This document shows, piece after piece, positions 56,524-64,000 of a DNA stretch of 64,000 nt. Location of the stretch: the IMG/VR virus record IMGVR_UViG_3300027985_000978, positions 1 to 64,000 of that record; one strand, 5' to 3'. The DNA comes from a virus. The translations under genes were made by a program, and so were the position numbers. Every line of letters begins with the position of its first letter. The stretch's first letter is position 1. The notes beneath the pieces were generated by a model. It was not told where the DNA came from, did not search any database, and worked only from the letters and a program-made list of their open reading frames with translations.

Positions 56524-58167
56524 TTAAGCCGGTTGTGTGAAGGTCAGTTTGGTGAAGTAACGGCCACCGTCATTAGGGTGAACGTCGCAGTAAGCCAGTT
56601 CCCACAAGGTATTGCGGTCAACCAATGCTTTAGTGGTTTCGTGGTTGTAAAGCGTTGCAGGAACCGCATCACCGGCTACGATACCGGCTTGGGTGTGCTG
56701 TTCGCCGCGTGCATAGCACAGACAGTCCCACGCGCCCAGCTTGGTATCTGTATCGCCTTTGATTGCTTCAACTTCAGTAGGTACTTCAAAGATTTTGAAC
56801 TGACCAAACAGCACGCCGACATAGTGGATACGCGGTACTTGTTTATAGTTCGGGGCCATCTGGAAGAAGGTAGAGTCCAGCGATTTGATAACTGCACATG
56901 CCGCAGCACCCATGAACAGACCCACCAGACCAGAAACTTTTGTACGCACCAGCATGTCTTGAGACAGAGTGAGTAAAGTCTGATTCAGTGATTCGTAATG
57001 TTCAGAAGGTTTCAGGCCATCCGGTACGGTCAGATCGAATGAAGCGGTATCAGTTGCCGCGATCAACATTTTACGCAGGTTGCGTAAGTCTTTTTCATAC
57101 GCAAGATAGTTGCGTAAATGGTTCATCTGCATAGAGCGCATATCGAGAGAGAATTCACGATTCATTGCCCAATACGCTTGAATGGTGTGCTCTGCCGCGA
57201 TCACGGATTCATGCGGTTTCAGTTTCCATGATTGCATGTCATGAGTGATAGTCGGGATCAGGTCTGCTTTTGCTTCGATGTCTACATCGAATTCCAGCAT
57301 CAGCTTCATACCAGATGGCAGTTCAGCACCAGAAGTGATAACCGCAACACCTGTTGCATAGGTCAGTGTGGCGTTCAGGGTAATTTCAGTTTCACCAACG
57401 GTGACAGAACCAAACAACTTCGCTGATTGACCGTCGATTTCGGTAGCAACTACTTTGCGGTTTGCCAGCAGTTTGACCGTGCCTTTTTTGAACGGAACAA
57501 CAGTCTGGAAGCCAGCAGTTGAAGAGTCGTAAGTGAAAGATGTTTTCACGCCATCCGGTTGTTGGTCAGCCAAGAACGGGTAGATCTGGTTCATTGACGC
57601 ATATTGACCATTCGCAAACAGGCCGATTTCATCACCCGCTGTGTAGTCACCGAAGGTTGAGCCAGCCACGCGGCGGATTTCAAAAATTTCAGTTTCGTTT
57701 GCTTGTGCTGGGATGTAAGTTACAGCGTCAGAAGTTGCCGCCATCAGCATAACAGGCAGGATCAGACCGGCTTGTTTAGCGCGGATTTCAACACCTTCAG
57801 AAGTGGACAGGGAAGTACCGATACTTTCCAACATCTTCACATTACCGTCAGCTGAAATGCCGGTAGTGATATTGCGTAATGATTGCGCCGCAGACGCTAA
57901 GATCTCGTCAGAAGGCAGCGTACCGTAGCAGTCATAGAATTCTTTGATAGCAGAACCCCACGCCACCGCAACACCACCAGCATGAGCGCCTAACGCTTCA
58001 AACATGGGATGTTTTTCAGCCATTGCAGCGATAGCGTTCATACGCGCTTTGTCGTCAGCGATAAAACCAGACTGATCAAACATTGCATCGACACAAACGG
58101 CGCGGATCTGTTCCGAATCTTGAGTAATAGCAGCGACTCGCGCCGCGTGTTTTTGTTTAGCAGACAT
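56524..58167 (-). CDS. major capsid protein (P1 gp23-like)
   Basis: Start MSAKQ at 58167 with AGGGG SD; MLES site followed by ..STSEGV; GDAVPA; DRNTLW. Confidence 0.9.
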   Translation of the reverse strand: MSAKQKHAARVAAITQDSEQIRAVCVDAMFDQSGFIADDKARMNAIAAMAEKHPMFEALGAHAGGVAVAWGSAIKEFYDCYGTLPSDEILASAAQSLRNITTGISADGNVKMLESIGTSLSTSEGVEIRAKQAGLILPVMLMAATSDAVTYIPAQANETEIFEIRRVAGSTFGDYTAGDEIGLFANGQYASMNQIYPFLADQQPDGVKTSFTYDSSTAGFQTVVPFKKGTVKLLANRKVVATEIDGQSAKLFGSVTVGETEITLNATLTYATGVAVITSGAELPSGMKLMLEFDVDIEAKADLIPTITHDMQSWKLKPHESVIAAEHTIQAYWAMNREFSLDMRSMQMNHLRNYLAYEKDLRNLRKMLIAATDTASFDLTVPDGLKPSEHYESLNQTLLTLSQDMLVRTKVSGLVGLFMGAAACAVIKSLDSTFFQMAPNYKQVPRIHYVGVLFGQFKIFEVPTEVEAIKGDTDTKLGAWDCLCYARGEQHTQAGIVAGDAVPATLYNHETTKALVDRNTLWELAYCDVHPNDGGRYFTKLTFTQPA

Positions 58168-58285
58168 TGAATTGCCCCTATTGTTTAAAAAACGGCTAAG
58201 AGCTGGTTCTGACCAACTCCAAATAGGGCAACAAATTGTATGGGGGATGGGAGTGTAACCACTCAAGGGTCGTAAGCCGATCTCT

Positions 58286-58294
58286 TGATTAGGA
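58286..58294. promoter_or_regulatory. TGATTAGGA box upstream of the capsid operon
   Basis: Exact 9-mer, intergenic. Confidence 0.7.
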
Positions 58295-58358
58295 AGTGAT
58301 TACACTGCAATCATATAACAAAGTTTTTGATCAGTGGTGAAACCTGTTTTTACAGGGG

Positions 58359-59138
58359 TTATGAGTTCAGGTAGTCGTTCATTACTGTTTTCGCATCATC
58401 CGGCATCATGGCTTCAGCAGCCGCCTGAAGACACGGATTTTTAAGGACGGACATCAGGACAGATGTTTGTACTGCCTGCTCAAATGAGCTGTATAAATCA
58501 CTCCACATAGCTTCAGCTTCAGACACCATGCTTTGCAGGGTACTGGACGATCCGATCATGCTGGCTATCTTTGTGCCGATATCATCCATAAGCGCCGCCA
58601 GCTGATCGATTTCCGGTTGTGTGAGTTCTTCCACGACACCCACGACACTGACAAAAAACGCCTCAATATCATCGAGCGGTAACAGGCCCAACAACTCGCG
58701 TATATCATCCGTGTTTCCGGTTGATGTCAGCACAGAGAACGCCGCACCCAACGGGCCGCAGCCACCCTCTACCTCACTCATGTTTTGCGCAATGGTTGAG
58801 GCGACACCCATCACAGCCAGATTGCCAGCCGGATCGCTCATGCGGGTACTAATTGCTGCACTCAATGAATCCAGCACTAACCCTGTGCCGGTCACACTGC
58901 CTTGGTGTGTCTTTAGTGTCTCTGCCGCCGCCAGCACTTCAGGCGGGACGTTCATCGGTAATTGCGTCAGTTCGTCGATTGGCGGGTTATCCGAGATATC
59001 TGTAATGGCTTGAATTTGAGCAACAGCGCTATCCACATCACCACGCGCTGCCGTTGCTTTTGCACCAGCCGGAGAACTGAGACCGCCAGCCGCTTTCAGG
59101 GCGCGGTACATATCTTGCGAATAGATATTTTCTAACAT
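58359..59138 (-). CDS. upfB: UpfB-like virion protein
   Basis: MLE....YRALKAAGGL..P N-terminus; near the PAAR gene as in P1. Confidence 0.7.
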   Translation of the reverse strand: MLENIYSQDMYRALKAAGGLSSPAGAKATAARGDVDSAVAQIQAITDISDNPPIDELTQLPMNVPPEVLAAAETLKTHQGSVTGTGLVLDSLSAAISTRMSDPAGNLAVMGVASTIAQNMSEVEGGCGPLGAAFSVLTSTGNTDDIRELLGLLPLDDIEAFFVSVVGVVEELTQPEIDQLAALMDDIGTKIASMIGSSSTLQSMVSEAEAMWSDLYSSFEQAVQTSVLMSVLKNPCLQAAAEAMMPDDAKTVMNDYLNS

Positions 59139-59243
59139 TTCTTGAGCCTCTTTTGAGGCGGGTAGGGATGGTCGGGCAACCTGTTAGCGTACTATTTTTT
59201 TACACAGAAAATTATACACCACCTGAGTAGTGTCTATACACCA

Positions 59244-59651
59244 CTAGCCACCAACAGAAACGCCCATCAACTGGCCCAACACATTCAGGATCATGCTTAC
59301 ACTTAACGGGGACGCGGGAACGTCAGCCGGTAATACGTGAAACGCCATGATCACAAAGTCTCGGATCAGCAGGTTGTACGTCAGAGAAGCCACCAGCGCA
59401 TAAATCAACGTCGCACGGGCCGCAGCAATGTACTTGCTTGAATTCTTCTCTTCGTTCGCTGTAATCACCGCCTGAATCATGGCCGGTGATTGCTTGGCTT
59501 TTTCCATCAGTACAGACCACTGAGCCTTTTCTTCGTCGCTGGTAAACAGTTTGTCGCCAGCGTCCCCGATTGCCTCAATGACACCAACAGCGCCATTTTC
59601 TACGCTGGTGGCCGTTGGAGCGCCCAACCCTAACATGCTTAATAAACCCAT
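59244..59651 (-). CDS. 3TM-type holin family protein
   Basis: DKLFTSDEEK, YIAAARA and two or three TM helices. Confidence 0.7.
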   Translation of the reverse strand: MGLLSMLGLGAPTATSVENGAVGVIEAIGDAGDKLFTSDEEKAQWSVLMEKAKQSPAMIQAVITANEEKNSSKYIAAARATLIYALVASLTYNLLIRDFVIMAFHVLPADVPASPLSVSMILNVLGQLMGVSVGG

Positions 59652-59662
59652 AGATCAACCCC

Positions 59663-59947
59663 TTATGCTATTTGAAATGATTCGTCACCCGTCACAATGA
59701 CCGATCCACACGAAACAACGTCACCCATAATACAGACCTTATCGCCGTTGATGGTAAACGGCACAGAACCGATCCCAATCCCGCCATGAGGTGGACTGTT
59801 TGGCTTTGTGTGCATGGCCCAATTATCGCCGTCACAATGCACCGCCACCCCATTTACACGAAACAACGGCTGTCCCTCAATCGACGGGCGCGGCGGATAA
59901 CCACCGTGACCGGAACAGATAGAACCCTCAAGCGCTACGCCTGCCAT
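59663..59947 (-). CDS. PAAR spike-tip protein
   Basis: CSGHGGYPPR, GD.WAMH, GDVVSCGS. Confidence 0.92.
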   Translation of the reverse strand: MAGVALEGSICSGHGGYPPRPSIEGQPLFRVNGVAVHCDGDNWAMHTKPNSPPHGGIGIGSVPFTINGDKVCIMGDVVSCGSVIVTGDESFQIA

Positions 59948-59950
59948 ACA

Positions 59951-60628
59951 TTACCCCAGCGTCCAATCAGCATTACTGCCGCTAAATTCCAGTGCGCCAC
60001 CAGCTGTAACACTGAACTTGCCACCAGCTGTCACAGCAAAATCTCCTTCGGTTTCCATCGTGACATTGCCGGTTATTTTTACTTGCTGTTTTCCGGTAGC
60101 GGATAGATAGATATCGCTTTCAGCGTGCAACACGATCTTTCCGTCTTTGTTGATTTCAACCGCTGAACCCGACGCCTTTTGTGTAACCCGATACGCACCC
60201 GATTTTTCAATTTCTATCAAGACTCCATTCAGTGATAAAACCGTGTTTTTATGGTATTCCACCGCGTCGGGCGTTGGTTCGCCTTCTGCTCGTTTGTGCT
60301 GGTACGCTTCCGATCCGGCGATTGCCTCATGTGGCAGGTTCGGGACTTTATTAGGCGCATACAAACAACTACCGGTAATGATCGGGGCGCGGGTATCGTC
60401 ATGCTCGAACTGCACCCACACCAGATCGCCCACTTCAACCGGACAAGCCACACCACTATTAGCCCGTGCGCCTAGCGGTAGCTCGTATTCAGCCCACGGG
60501 AGCGCGGATACTGGCAGATCGTCCCATAGCCCCAACACACGGATCTGAACCATGTAATACTTTTCAGGGTGCGCCGTGTTTTCGACGCTGGCCCGATACC
60601 GGCCTGATAGTTTTCCGGTCATGCTCAT
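59951..60628 (-). CDS. baseplate spike protein (gpV / gp5-like)
   Basis: YRASV..HP, LPWAEY, GDLVWVQFEHDD..PII and a beta-helix C-terminus; start MSMTG inferred from ATGA overlap. Confidence 0.9.
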   Translation of the reverse strand: MSMTGKLSGRYRASVENTAHPEKYYMVQIRVLGLWDDLPVSALPWAEYELPLGARANSGVACPVEVGDLVWVQFEHDDTRAPIITGSCLYAPNKVPNLPHEAIAGSEAYQHKRAEGEPTPDAVEYHKNTVLSLNGVLIEIEKSGAYRVTQKASGSAVEINKDGKIVLHAESDIYLSATGKQQVKITGNVTMETEGDFAVTAGGKFSVTAGGALEFSGSNADWTLG

Positions 60629-61629
60629 GATTGGATCACCCCCGTAGTTACCTTGCACTTGTAGCTCTTTTTATCCCCGATATGACTAACCAGCGTGATT
60701 AGCTGGCGTGCTGGCATGGATTCATCCAGTACAGCATTTTCAGAGAACCGGTTTAAGCGAACACCGATAGTCATTCCAGCCGTATATGAACCATTCCCCA
60801 GCATGTCAGCCAACATGCACGGGACGACATGCACATGAAGGTTATTCAGTGCCTCTAATGGGACTTGCGGGAGTATTTGCGGCGGCGCGTCAGGGTTCGC
60901 CGTTGATTTCTGCATACCGTTGACGATATCCCACGATATATAGCATTTTGTCGCTTGTCGGGCGGCGGCTTCCGCTACGTGGATCGCTTGATAGGCATAG
61001 ATTGGATGGTCTGTTTTCTGGCCCTGATATTCCAGTACCGGATAATCCTTTTCCTGATTCCCCAGCATGGTGAGCGGCGCACAGTAAACCGTCCCGCGTG
61101 CCACCCAAATAGCAGCCCCCAAGTCACGGCAAACTTTGCGCAGCATGGCAGCTGGCGTTGATCCGGCTGTGACATGCTGATACAGCTTGTTTTTCATGCT
61201 GGTGGCATTGCTGGCGATTGAAATCTTATAACCGGCGAATAGTTCAGCCAGAATATCCGCGATCTTGTCACCGTTAAAAAACATGGCTGTCTTCACTGGT
61301 TGCTTGAGCGCGTAGACCTGCTTTTCTATCGCTTCCACGCGCAGCCGATCACCCTGTACGATTGGATGGCCCACAACAAAATCAGTCGTAAAATAAGCAT
61401 CACCGCGCCCGTTCGGATCGCCCATTTTGACGCTTAATACCGCGCCATCCACCAGCCCGTAGTTATCGCGTAGTGTGCCGTCCACATCATAGAAATTGAG
61501 AATGAGTAACGGCCCCTCAAGGTTGATACCCTCAATGTAAGTACCACTATCAAGGTTATAGATCGGGATCTCCGTGCCGTTCACGGTGATTTTCTGGAAA
61601 AAGAGTTGCTGAAGTTCAGCCATGATCAA
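60625..61629 (-). CDS. baseplate hub protein (P1 gp6-like)
   Basis: YIE...LEGPLLIL; synteny. Confidence 0.8.
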   Translation of the reverse strand: MIMAELQQLFFQKITVNGTEIPIYNLDSGTYIEGINLEGPLLILNFYDVDGTLRDNYGLVDGAVLSVKMGDPNGRGDAYFTTDFVVGHPIVQGDRLRVEAIEKQVYALKQPVKTAMFFNGDKIADILAELFAGYKISIASNATSMKNKLYQHVTAGSTPAAMLRKVCRDLGAAIWVARGTVYCAPLTMLGNQEKDYPVLEYQGQKTDHPIYAYQAIHVAEAAARQATKCYISWDIVNGMQKSTANPDAPPQILPQVPLEALNNLHVHVVPCMLADMLGNGSYTAGMTIGVRLNRFSENAVLDESMPARQLITLVSHIGDKKSYKCKVTTGVIQS

Positions 61630-62432
61630 GCCCCCATGTCAAAAACAGGGATCGGTTCTAACAGGTTGTAATTCACTTCCTGTTCGTTGGCATAAACCCC
61701 CTCATAAACCGGCGCAACCACTTCAACCGTCGCAGTCAGGCACAACAGGCGATCACTTTCGATATCAGGGCTCATATCGTCCCATGAAATCGTGTTAGGC
61801 AGGATATCCACCGTGCCGTCAATCGCCAGCCCAAACACCCGCGATTGCACTAGGAATGTTCGGGCGTGTAGCCGGAAATAACTTGCATACAGTGTCGCCA
61901 TACGGGAAAGCGTGACTTCATCCCATGCCAGCAAATACACCTGATACGTCAGGTTTAAGTGGTGCTGGTGGACATATGCGCCCAGCGTTTCCGTTTCATC
62001 TTCATTCACTGTGCCTAAGTCAGCGATCTGGCGAACTGGAATATACCGATCCCCTTCCGCGTTCGAGAAGCCCAGCTTTCGGTTAAAGAACACGATTGGT
62101 AGCGCCTGTAAGTTGATTGCAGGCTTATTGCCGGTTTCAGCGATAGAACTTGCCACCTCGTCAGTGCGGCCCTTTGCAGACGCCCTCAGAGCCCGTAGAA
62201 ACGATTTCGGATCTTGATAGGGAGATTTCTTCACCTGATCTTTCGGGGCGCGTTCCAAGAATGACAGAAACGCCTCGTATTGCTTGGCTGTACTGGACAC
62301 TTGCGCACCTTGCAGGATTGCCACCAGCAAATTACCGAAGCCGATATCTACCGGCTGGAAATCATGCGTTTCCCGTTCCGTTCCCAGCGTTGCAACAAAC
62401 TCAGTCCATGAAACAATAATTGGATCAGACAT
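61626..62432 (-). CDS. tail terminator / stability protein (P1 gp24-like)
   Basis: FLRALRAS...N.QALP; synteny. Confidence 0.75.
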   Translation of the reverse strand: MSDPIIVSWTEFVATLGTERETHDFQPVDIGFGNLLVAILQGAQVSSTAKQYEAFLSFLERAPKDQVKKSPYQDPKSFLRALRASAKGRTDEVASSIAETGNKPAINLQALPIVFFNRKLGFSNAEGDRYIPVRQIADLGTVNEDETETLGAYVHQHHLNLTYQVYLLAWDEVTLSRMATLYASYFRLHARTFLVQSRVFGLAIDGTVDILPNTISWDDMSPDIESDRLLCLTATVEVVAPVYEGVYANEQEVNYNLLEPIPVFDMGA

Positions 62433-62974
62433 TAGGCGGCCCCCTCAAGGATTGCGGCGGCGGCTTCTTGCTGGGCCGATTCCAGATCGCCACATGGGAT
62501 ACAGATATGCAGCGCACCAGCTGAAGCTGTACCGATCACATCCACTGAATGCACATACCACCAGACAAGGCGGTTTTCGCCGTTGCTGTCCTCTTCGGCC
62601 CACTCCAAGATCGAACCGACCGGCGCTTGACCAGCTGATAACAGCACAGTGAGCGTGCCGCTTGCACCGTCACCCGTACTGTCTGGTTCGTCCCACATAC
62701 CGGAGAATGCGGGATCATCCAGTGTCGCCACTAAGCACGATCCGAATTGTGGCAAATCATATGAGATTGCGTGCTGGTGGATATCCACATCACCAAATAG
62801 CGCGGTTTCATCCGTGGGTTCTTCAGGTGTGTTTTGTGTCCCGTTCGGGATGTAAATCAGCACATCAAAACTGTCAGGATGGATCTCAATTAAGCGCCGC
62901 CAATCATCACGGATCTGGTTGTTGAGTGGGGAGTGTCCGGCATTCCTCGCCCTTGTTAATACCGCTTCGGTCAT
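62432..62974 (-). CDS. head-tail / tail protein (P1 gp7-like)
   Basis: GHSPLNNQIRDDW..HPDSFD, PVGSILEW, WWYVH. Confidence 0.75.
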   Translation of the reverse strand: MTEAVLTRARNAGHSPLNNQIRDDWRRLIEIHPDSFDVLIYIPNGTQNTPEEPTDETALFGDVDIHQHAISYDLPQFGSCLVATLDDPAFSGMWDEPDSTGDGASGTLTVLLSAGQAPVGSILEWAEEDSNGENRLVWWYVHSVDVIGTASAGALHICIPCGDLESAQQEAAAAILEGAA

Positions 62975-63999
62975 TTCAATAATTCCTCCAATTTCGACAC
63001 GGTGATTTTTTTCTCTTTGGCGAAAGCGGCCATTGCTTGCGCTTGGGTCATTCCGACGACTCGGAACGCATCAGCAAATGATTGGTATTGCAATTTCAGC
63101 CGGTCTCTTGCCAGCGCTACCGCCTCTTTTCGGGCGGCTTGTCGGGCTTTCGTGGCGGCCTTTTCCGCGTCGATTGCGCGTTTCTCGGCTGCCTTGGCTG
63201 ACTTGCGTGCTTTCACCAGTTTTTCGCGTTCTTTTTCAATGGATTTCTTATCGGTTTTGAACTTGCGGGATAGGGCTTGCTGCCGGTTCTGGTACTCCTG
63301 CCAACGGGCCTTCAGTTTTTCCGCATCCACTTCACCGGAGCGGTTCTTATCTAGTTTTTTCTGCTCGTCTTTGTTGAACACCACCTGTGAGCGCTTGTCG
63401 TCGCCATAGCCGGATTTTCTGGCCTGTATTTCCATCTGCTTTGCTAGGGCGCGTTGCCACACCACAGACTGCAACATGGACATAGATTTAATGACGTGCT
63501 TACACGCAAGGCCGGTTAGTTCAGGGTTACGGATTTTCGGAAAGGCGAACTCTTTGGGGGGCGCTAGGCAGTAGTTCCCCAGCGTTGCCATGTAGCGGTA
63601 ACGGTATTGATGATCGCCACAGTCACAATCAAACGAGACTCGGCCTGCACATGCGTATTTAGCCGCCTTCTGGTAGCCTTTATCTGTGCCGTCAGCGTCA
63701 GCTAACAGTTCATCCCACTCTTCGAGCCGGATCTTGACTCGGTGCTCTTGGTGGACTGACTTCTCCGACGCTTTCACGCGCAACGTGATGATATTGGCCC
63801 TGATACCCAGCAATGAGGCTTTGCTGATCCCGCGCCGGTCATTAGATCGGTTGCTGGCTCGGTCAATACGGATCGAGCTGGAACGCCCAGCGATTTCAAG
63901 CCAAGTTATGCCGGTGACACCGCCACGGCGTTTCTTAAACCGGAGTCGCATCTTGTTCATGCGGTCGAGTTCTTCTAAGGTGAACTCTGTTCCATCCGA
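62971..63999 (-). CDS. P1 gp25-like protein with SWIM-type zinc finger, truncated at the window edge
   Basis: FDCDCG.HQY.YRYMAT.GN..PPKE..FPKIRNP.L.G.ACKHV; frame stays open past 63960. Confidence 0.85.
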   Translation of the reverse strand, partial: SDGTEFTLEELDRMNKMRLRFKKRRGGVTGITWLEIAGRSSSIRIDRASNRSNDRRGISKASLLGIRANIITLRVKASEKSVHQEHRVKIRLEEWDELLADADGTDKGYQKAAKYACAGRVSFDCDCGDHQYRYRYMATLGNYCLAPPKEFAFPKIRNPELTGLACKHVIKSMSMLQSVVWQRALAKQMEIQARKSGYGDDKRSQVVFNKDEQKKLDKNRSGEVDAEKLKARWQEYQNRQQALSRKFKTDKKSIEKEREKLVKARKSAKAAEKRAIDAEKAATKARQAARKEAVALARDRLKLQYQSFADAFRVVGMTQAQAMAAFAKEKKITVSKLEELLK

Positions 64000-64000
64000 T

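Larger units (their letters stand above)
1..64000. mobile_element. P1-like myovirus phage-plasmid (partial genome)
   Basis: P1-type gene set and order: darB-ulx divergent from prt-pro; hxr-ddrB-ddrA-darA-hdf-lydB-lydA; U-S-R-16-bplA-pmgA-sit-pmgB-tub-pmgC; bplB-pmgG-21-22-23; upfB, PAAR, 5-6-24-7-25. No host housekeeping genes in the window. Confidence 0.95.

Noticed and set aside
58168-58266. N-terminal extensions given by the ORF track for capsid, portal, rep and endolysin
   Set aside because: Downstream ATGs have proper SD sequences; the extensions overlap regulatory leaders.
44460-63960. Type VI secretion system or tailocin (PAAR, spike, sheath, tube)
   Set aside because: Capsid, portal and protease genes and P1 synteny show a complete myovirus.
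1-64000. CRISPR array, tRNA, rRNA, IS element or diversity-generating retroelement
   Set aside because: No regularly spaced repeats, tRNA or rRNA signatures, transposase or reverse transcriptase seen. The fibre duplication differs at all bases rather than only at adenines.

Overview
The whole window is part of a P1-like (Punavirus-type) myovirus phage-plasmid, probably from a gammaproteobacterium. Gene assignments come from motifs and remembered P1 sequences and gene order; no database was searched. Layout: a leftward operon of small early or accessory genes (1-12.9 kb: VRR-NUC nuclease, DEDDh exonuclease, MT-A70 methylase, HTH and Zn-finger proteins); a divergent control region (12.9-13.2 kb); an HTH replication initiator behind a highly structured leader; pro and prt; darB-ulx; an accessory block; an endolysin; then a long minus-strand late region with hxr-ddrB-ddrA-darA-hdf-lydB-lydA, tail fibres, baseplate, tape measure, tube, sheath, major capsid, PAAR and spike. 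The main finding is a candidate RNA-based regulatory circuit. A small RNA of about 77 nt (approx. 30046-30122) has its own promoter, overlapped by a recurrent TGATTAGGA box, and its own terminator. It is complementary to the leaders of at least six unlinked genes (major capsid, portal, tail gene R, ddrB, upfB and a small regulator). In each case it overlaps the 5' arm of a hairpin that hides the Shine-Dalgarno sequence, so it may be a trans-acting translational activator of virion genes. Other findings: 11 exact TGATTAGGA boxes; Dar antirestriction proteins expanded with new duplicated domains (the ddrA insert is bounded by exact 22-bp in-frame repeats); a shared putative prohead-protease cleavage motif; a probable +1 frameshift before the tape measure gene; and a split tail fibre with no Cin inversion system.
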